In this document: positions 58,316-64,000 of the stretch, one piece after another
How the letters are laid out: the number at the start of each line of letters is the position of its first letter
Numbering within the stretch: position 1 is the first letter of the stretch
NCBI GenBank assembly: GCA_963777505.1
Contig: CAVZQN010000004.1
Location: forward strand, 992,001-1,056,000
DNA: 64,000 bases
Reading direction: 5' to 3'
Source: an uncultured bacterium
GTDB taxonomy: Bacteria; Acidobacteriota; HRBIN11; JAKEFK01
Made by a program: the position numbers and the translations under genes
Notes under the pieces: generated by a model
What the model saw: the letters and a program-made list of their open reading frames with translations, nothing else
What the model was told of the DNA's origin: nothing
Database searches by the model: none

Positions 58316-60205
58316 TTAAACGGCGGGCATTTTCAGGATGGAACTTTTTTCCTGTTGTAGATAGGCTTTCATAATTTCGAATTCATTTTCAAGCCTCGTA
58401 ATCAATGCTTTCGAAGACCCCATGTCTTTGTTGATTCCTAATTTTTCAAGTTGTGCACAAAGATCCGCAATTCGATTCGCACCGATATACAAACTGGAGC
58501 CTTTCAATGAATGCGCATGCATTCTTAAATAGTCAGGCCGGGACTGTGAACTAGCGTGCTTCATTCCTGAAATATATTGTCTGCAAGAACCTAAGAATTC
58601 ATCAATCAGTGATGCAATCTCATGAGGTTCCATCATCTCAGCCAGATCCTGTAATTTTCTCGAAATATGTACATCGACAGTCCTTTCTATTGCGATTGGA
58701 GGAATTTGAGCTTGAAAAGTTTCGGGCTCCTGAACTGTAGTTTGAGGCGCCCAATCCTTCAAAATAGACTCAAAATCTTCAGGGCTTACTGGCTTACTCA
58801 AATATGCATCCATTCCTGCAGCCAGACACTTTTCTCGATCACCTTTCAATGCGCGGGCAGTCATCGCAATAATCGGAATATTCTTCCTTGGATTCAGTTT
58901 TCGAATCTGCTGAGTCGCTTCAAAACCATCCAGAACGGGCATTTCACAATCCATAAATACAAGGTCGTAAGGCATCACATTGATAATTTCTACAGCTTCC
59001 TTGCCATTTCCTGCCACATTCACGCTGCAGCCCAGACGTTCAAGATTGTGCTTTGCCACTTTCTGATTGATGATGTTATCTTCTACAACCAGCACACGCG
59101 CACTAAAGCGTTGTCTTTTTGACGAATGCAATAAAAATTTGGTCTGTTGTGAGGCCGGCGCGATCATCTGCTTTCTTTCTTGAACAATCCCACTCAGTAC
59201 GTCCATTAATTGAGATGCGCGAAATGGTTTTGCGAGGCATGCTTCGAAACGAGATTCTCTTGGTACGCTATCCCGGTTTGTGATCGATCCAAGCAAAATC
59301 AGTTTTGTAGTTCGGAGCGCTGGATTTGCTTTAAAATTTTGCGCCAGCATTCCAATCTCTGAATCTGCGACGCTGACGATGGCAACATCGTATGGATCTC
59401 CCGCACGTGAAGCGGACTGAAGATCTTCGATTAACTCCTGCAAGCCAGTTACCGAATCATTTCGCATCCCCCAACTTGTGAGAAGTTCCTGCAAAACGTC
59501 GCGGCTAACTTCATTTTCATCCAGAACAAGAATCCGCAAATTGCGAATGTCCGGCTGGAGTAACGAAGGCAACCGAACATTATTTACTTCTGGTGGTATC
59601 GGTTCGAGCACTAATTTCCCAGCTTCCAATTTTGAGTAGTCCAAAATTTCATTAAAAATATCGAGCAAAGATTCTGCGCTTAACCTTGCTGTATTTGCAA
59701 GATCTCGCTGTTCATTTGTTAGATTCGTATCAAGCAGCAATTCCAGCATTCCAAGAACACCGTTCATAGGCGTGCGGATTTTATGGCTCACTGCTGCTAC
59801 AAATTCATTTCTGATTTCGCTGGCTTTTTCTGACTCATCAGAAGATGGGACGGTTTTGTCTTCTGTGATCTCTTCGAGCGGTTGTACTTGTACTTCAATT
59901 TCCGCTTCATCTCTGTTCACTTGGAACTGAGTCTGAATTTCAGTGGTTTTCATCATTTCTTTTTGGTTGTTGCGGACCGAAAGCCAAAGGATGAGGCCAC
60001 AAATCGTGTTGCCAAGAACAAACGCAAGCCAGATTCCACTCCATGCTTTAAAGGAAATTAGCAGGACAACTGAGATTCCTGCCAGGGATTGAATGGCTAA
60101 AAATACACAAAACAACTGATCGGTACGTTGATGAAGTTGTTGTTCGCGCTGCTTGGAAAGTTCAAGCTGGCGTTTTTTGATTTCTGGAGAAAAATCAAAG
60201 CGCAT
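58316..60205 (-). CDS. Hybrid sensor: 2 TM, HisKA, pseudo-REC, REC, Hpt; no HATPase domain
   Basis: SHKIRTPMNGVLG..LDYSKLEAGK followed within about 25 aa by ILVLDENE; VEDNIINQ..FMDCEMP; HAHSLKGSS. Confidence 0.85.
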   Translation of the reverse strand: MRFDFSPEIKKRQLELSKQREQQLHQRTDQLFCVFLAIQSLAGISVVLLISFKAWSGIWLAFVLGNTICGLILWLSVRNNQKEMMKTTEIQTQFQVNRDEAEIEVQVQPLEEITEDKTVPSSDESEKASEIRNEFVAAVSHKIRTPMNGVLGMLELLLDTNLTNEQRDLANTARLSAESLLDIFNEILDYSKLEAGKLVLEPIPPEVNNVRLPSLLQPDIRNLRILVLDENEVSRDVLQELLTSWGMRNDSVTGLQELIEDLQSASRAGDPYDVAIVSVADSEIGMLAQNFKANPALRTTKLILLGSITNRDSVPRESRFEACLAKPFRASQLMDVLSGIVQERKQMIAPASQQTKFLLHSSKRQRFSARVLVVEDNIINQKVAKHNLERLGCSVNVAGNGKEAVEIINVMPYDLVFMDCEMPVLDGFEATQQIRKLNPRKNIPIIAMTARALKGDREKCLAAGMDAYLSKPVSPEDFESILKDWAPQTTVQEPETFQAQIPPIAIERTVDVHISRKLQDLAEMMEPHEIASLIDEFLGSCRQYISGMKHASSQSRPDYLRMHAHSLKGSSLYIGANRIADLCAQLEKLGINKDMGSSKALITRLENEFEIMKAYLQQEKSSILKMPAV

Positions 60206-60210
60206 AATTG

Positions 60211-60396
60211 TTACTTGGTGAAATCAACTTGAGCTTTATTTGCGGATTTTGGTATTTGTGGACCTGAATTGTTCCAAACGATTCTAATTCCTGCGTACAA
60301 CAACAGAGCCCATAAGGCGATTGTCAAAATCGGAAAAGATAATTTCCGTGTGAAAGCCTTTTTTGTAGATGCAGAATGAATAATCGTCGCGTTCAT
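60211..60396 (-). CDS. Small one-TM hypothetical protein
   Basis: GAGGGGGG RBS; stop is 5 bp before the kinase start. Confidence 0.55.
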   Translation of the reverse strand: MNATIIHSASTKKAFTRKLSFPILTIALWALLLYAGIRIVWNNSGPQIPKSANKAQVDFTK

Positions 60397-60427
60397 GTAC
60401 CCCCCTCGTTTTCCCCACTAAAATATG

Positions 60428-60443
60428 AGCAAAGGATATGCCA
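60428..60443 (-). promoter_or_regulatory. Sigma-54 (-24/-12) promoter
   Basis: TGGCATATCCTTTGCT = GG-N10-GC, 31 bp upstream of the ATG at 60396. Confidence 0.7.
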
Positions 60444-60523
60444 GAGCAGAGCTCCGTCGAGAACGCCGGAAATGTACGTTTATTGGTGGTTAAATATCAG
60501 GCAGATGTCGGAAAAATATGCAA

Positions 60524-60826
60524 TCAAATCTTTGAAAAGACAGACCGTTTTATCGCTCTAATTGATGCTTCATTCCGCTTGTAGAACGTCCATTGTTTGA
60601 TCCTTTTTGCCTGAAGAAATCCTGCATTGCATAGTATTTTTAAATGTTCACTGGCGGTAGGCTGACTGACTTTGAGTTTCTCAGCGATGAAGACTCCACA
60701 GACACCGTCTTTGACACGATCACCATAGACCTGTGGGGGGAAATTTTTTACAGGATCTTTTAGCCATTCCAGGATTTGTAATCTTTTTTCACTTGCAAGT
60801 GAGCGCAGTGCGCGTTCGTTAGTCAT
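60524..60826 (-). CDS. ArsR/SmtB family regulator
   Basis: LRSLASEKRLQILEWL..VSQPTASEHLKIL..RIKQWTFYKR. Confidence 0.88.
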   Translation of the reverse strand: MTNERALRSLASEKRLQILEWLKDPVKNFPPQVYGDRVKDGVCGVFIAEKLKVSQPTASEHLKILCNAGFLQAKRIKQWTFYKRNEASIRAIKRSVFSKI

Positions 60827-60827
60827 A

Positions 60828-60857
60828 TTGACAATTAGCTAATTAACTAATTATACT
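60828..60857 (+). promoter_or_regulatory. Sigma-70 promoter with palindromic operator in its spacer
   Basis: TTGACA-N18-TATACT containing AATTAG-ctaattaa-CTAATT. Confidence 0.6.
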
Positions 60858-60874
60858 ACAAAACGATCGTATTG

Positions 60875-60946
60875 GTAGGGGCGGCCCTTGTGGCTGCCCG
60901 CCGAATCCTTTTCAGTGAACACGGGCGACCACAAGGGTCGCCCCTA
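60875..60946. repeat. GTAG-type REP doublet with spacer
   Basis: GTAGGGGCGGCCCTTGTGGCTGCCC...GGGCGACCACAAGGGTCGCCCCTA; matches 4453-4502. Confidence 0.8.
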
Positions 60947-60961
60947 ACAACGTACTGAACC

Positions 60962-61927
60962 ATGCAAGATCAACAAACGATTCATCGCGACAAGATCCGT
61001 CAGGCCGAACAATTAGTGCGTCCGTTTATCAGGCAGACACCAATCGTCACAATGGATGCATCCGATCTAGGATTGCAATCAAATCAAATGATATTAAAAC
61101 TTGAGTTGTTGCAGCATTCCGGTTCATTCAAAGCGCGTGGCGCATTTGCAAATATGTTGATGCGCAAGGTGCCTGATGCTGGAGTTGTAGCCGCTTCCGG
61201 TGGAAACCATGGCGCTGCTGTTGCATTTGCTGCCATGAAACTCGGAAAGCCTGCAAAAATATTTGTACCGGCTGTAGCCTCTCCTGCAAAGATGGATCTT
61301 ATTCGCAGCTATGGTGCTGATCTCGTTATTTCAGGCGATCGTTATAGCACCGCACTTGAAACAAGCAAGCAATGGGCTTCTGAATCGGGTGCATTAGAAA
61401 TTCATGCATACGATCAGGTAGAAACAATTTTGGGTCAAGGCACAACCGGTTACGAATTGCAGCAACAGGATCCCAACCTGGATTCACTTCTTGTTGCGGT
61501 TGGTGGCGGAGGATTCATCGGAGGGATTGCAGCCTGGTATCGCAACGACTTAAAGATTATTGGAGTCGAGCCGGAAGCTGCACCTACGTTGAAATACGCT
61601 CTGGATGCAGGCAAGCCTGTCGATGCACCGGCGGGTGGTATTGCAGCAGATTCATTGGCACCAAAGCGGGTCGGGGAATTGATGTTTCCGATTGCGCAAG
61701 AATTTGTTCGCGAAGTCGTGCTTGTTACAGATGATGAAATAGTTCAAGCACAACAGCTTCTCTGGGAAAAGATTCGAATTGTTGCAGAGCCTGGCGGTGC
61801 TGCCGCCCTTGCTGCTCTTTTGTCACGCCGGTATTTACCTGAAAAAGGGGAACGCGTCGGTGTGGTAATTTGCGGAGGCAATACGGATGCTGTCGACTTC
61901 AAGAAAAGAAAAACCAGTGCAACCTGA
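60962..61927 (+). CDS. PLP-dependent serine/threonine dehydratase (catalytic domain only)
   Basis: KLELLQHSGSFKARGA, ASGGNHG, AVGGGG, AEPGGAA, CGGN. Confidence 0.9.
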   Translation: MQDQQTIHRDKIRQAEQLVRPFIRQTPIVTMDASDLGLQSNQMILKLELLQHSGSFKARGAFANMLMRKVPDAGVVAASGGNHGAAVAFAAMKLGKPAKIFVPAVASPAKMDLIRSYGADLVISGDRYSTALETSKQWASESGALEIHAYDQVETILGQGTTGYELQQQDPNLDSLLVAVGGGGFIGGIAAWYRNDLKIIGVEPEAAPTLKYALDAGKPVDAPAGGIAADSLAPKRVGELMFPIAQEFVREVVLVTDDEIVQAQQLLWEKIRIVAEPGGAAALAALLSRRYLPEKGERVGVVICGGNTDAVDFKKRKTSAT

Positions 61928-61941
61928 AATAGGAGATTCGA

Positions 61942-62398
61942 ATGTCTGTGTATGATCGCTTGAAAGTCACTCAACATAACTCTGGCGGAAGTTACAGCGC
62001 CGGTTGCAGCTTTTAAACCTTTTGTCATTTCAGGGAATCTAGTTTTTTTGTCAGGACATATTGCAAAGAAAGAAGGCAAAACCTGGACAGGCAAACTCGG
62101 TGAAGAATTGGATGTCGCCGAAGGGAAACTTGCAGCACGCGCAGTCGCGATTGATCTCTTAAGCACTTTGCATGCAGCAACGGGTGATCTGAATAAAATT
62201 AAGCGTATTGTCAAACTTCTGGTGCTTGTAAATTCCACACCTTCCTTTATCGAACAACATCTTGTTGCGAATGGCGCTTCTGAGCTCTTGCTGGAAGTAT
62301 TTGGGGATTTAGGGGCCCATGCTCGCGCTGCTTTTGGAGTTGCCCAAATTCCGTTCAATTCCTGCGTTGAAATTGATCTGATTGCAGAGCTATCCTAG
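61942..62398 (+). CDS. RidA/YjgF family protein; +1 shift near 61965
   Basis: AGGAG RBS; MSVYDRLK joins SLNITLAEVTAPVAAFKPFVISGNLVFLSGH; HARAAFGV..CVEID. Confidence 0.85.
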
Positions 62399-62445
62399 AG
62401 GGGCTCATTTAGTAACAAATCAAAATCGAGAGCCAGGGGTGTGCG

Positions 62446-64000
62446 ATGCGGAAAGAAACGATGGGTTTTCTTTTCTCTGTTTTGTTTGTTCTCTGCCTCC
62501 TTGTTTGCAGAAAAACCGCGACTCACTGTTGACGATGTTTTTCAGTTGGAGATTGCATCAGATCCACAAATTTCGCCATCAGGAAGCTCTGTCAGTTTAT
62601 GTTCGTTCATTTGCGGATAGCAAAACGGATAAACGTTATTCGAATCTCTGGGTTGTTGAAACGAATGGAACGCCAATCATCGTCCACTAACCTTTGGCAA
62701 TTACAGCGATTCAACAGCAAGATGGTCGCCGGATGGTTCAAAAATTGCGTTCATTTCAAACCGTGATGGTTCAGGGCAAATTTATTTACTCTGGTCCGCA
62801 AACCGGACAGATTGCTAAAATCACAAATCTGATAATTCAGATCCATCGCAGATCTCATGGTCCCCTGATGGAAAATGGCTTGCCTATATTGCATTGGTGA
62901 AAGGAAAAAAAACTTCACTGATCACAAAACTGCCTGAAAAATCGGAAGGGCATACATGGGCAGATCCTGCTCAAGTTTATGATCGTCTTGAGTACCGTTT
63001 TAACCGGGTGGGTTATCTTCCACATGGCTTTTCACATGTATTTGTGATTTCAGCAGAAGGTGGAACACCTCGTCAAATCTCGCAGGGTGATTATCATCAC
63101 ACAAGCTATTACTCCGACACTGGTGCGCCTGTTTGGACTCCGGATGGGAAATTCTTATTGATCTCAGCAAACAGAAGAGAGGATTGGGATTATGAACCAT
63201 TGGATACCGAAGTACATGAGTTCAATATTGAGACTGGCTCTGTTCGATCATTAACAAATCGCCGAGGCCCTGATGACATGCCTGCCATATCGCCTGACGG
63301 CAAAACGATAGCATACGTAGGGTTCGATGATCGTTACCAGGGATATCAAGTCACGAAACTCTATCTTGCGAATAGAGATGGTTCATCACCTCGCGTTCTC
63401 TCTGCTTCACTCGATCGGGGTATTCAAAATCCCACCTGGTCTCCCGATGGAAACGGAATTTACTTTAGCTATGAGGATCAAGGAATAACAAAACTTGGAT
63501 TTTTTACTCTGAATGGAAAGCTACAGTCGATTGCAACTGATCTTGGCAGCGGACCTTCCAGCTATACGGGTGGAGGTTCATTTTCAATTGCTCGAAATGG
63601 GGCAATAGCCTACGCACTGAAAAAGTGGAATGTTCCCGGGGATGTTGCATATATAGCAAACTCTCGGCAAAATTCGACAACACTGACTGCGATAAACAAT
63701 GATTTATTTGATCAGCGGCAGTTGGGCGTTGTTGAAGAGCTCTGGGTTGAGTCTTCTAAAGATAAGCGGAAGGTTCAATCGTGGCTTATTAAGCCCCCGT
63801 ATTTCGATGCATCCAAGAAATATCCATTAATTTTGGAAATTCACGGCGGACCTTTCGCTGCTTATGGCCCGATCTTCGATCTTGAAAAGCAGATTTGGGC
63901 AGCAAAAGATTATGTTGTGTTGTATGTGAACCCACGCGGAAGCACAAGTTACGGCGAGGAATTTGGCAATCTAATTCATCATGCATATCCTGGGGACGAT
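62446..64000 (+). CDS. S9 family peptidase, several frameshifts in the first ~400 bp, runs off the window
   Basis: Fragments LTVDDVFQLEIASDPQISP, VYVRSFAD, RWSPDGSKIAFISNRDG, WSPDGKWLAY lie in different frames; one open frame then reaches YPLILEIHGGP and VNPRGS. Confidence 0.85.

Noticed and set aside
61744-62358. 204 aa minus-strand ORF and similar antisense ORFs (17478-18029, 27855-28421, 42356-42901)
   Set aside because: Shadows of well-supported genes on the opposite strand, with no motifs of their own.

Overview
A 64 kb gene-dense stretch of bacterial chromosome. Gene content points to Acidobacteriota (inference): two duplicated MacB-like orphan permeases (one paired with PadR), a VWA protein, an Oar-like TonB receptor and a Ser/Thr kinase-TPR protein. 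I saw no rRNA, tRNA, CRISPR array or transposase. Best candidate for a new system: a three-gene RiPP operon at 29122-33223 (minus strand). It encodes a leader-binding/YcaO cyclodehydratase, a very basic Nif11-like precursor ending SADNPD-TCICI with no double-Gly site, and a signal-less S53 (sedolisin) peptidase. Other highlights: (1) a rhodanese missed by the ORF track that reads through an in-frame UGA (YCT-U) followed by a SECIS-like hairpin; (2) a tandem TGCA-N8-TGCA operator pair with 29 bp spacing, shared by an RpiR regulator promoter and the TonB receptor promoter; (3) a hybrid histidine kinase lacking its ATPase domain, behind a sigma-54 promoter; (4) a secreted kinase-like protein; (5) several families of short intergenic repeats. 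Six genes carry frameshifts, mostly single-base insertions, which look like sequencing errors. All family calls come from reading motifs by eye, not from database searches.
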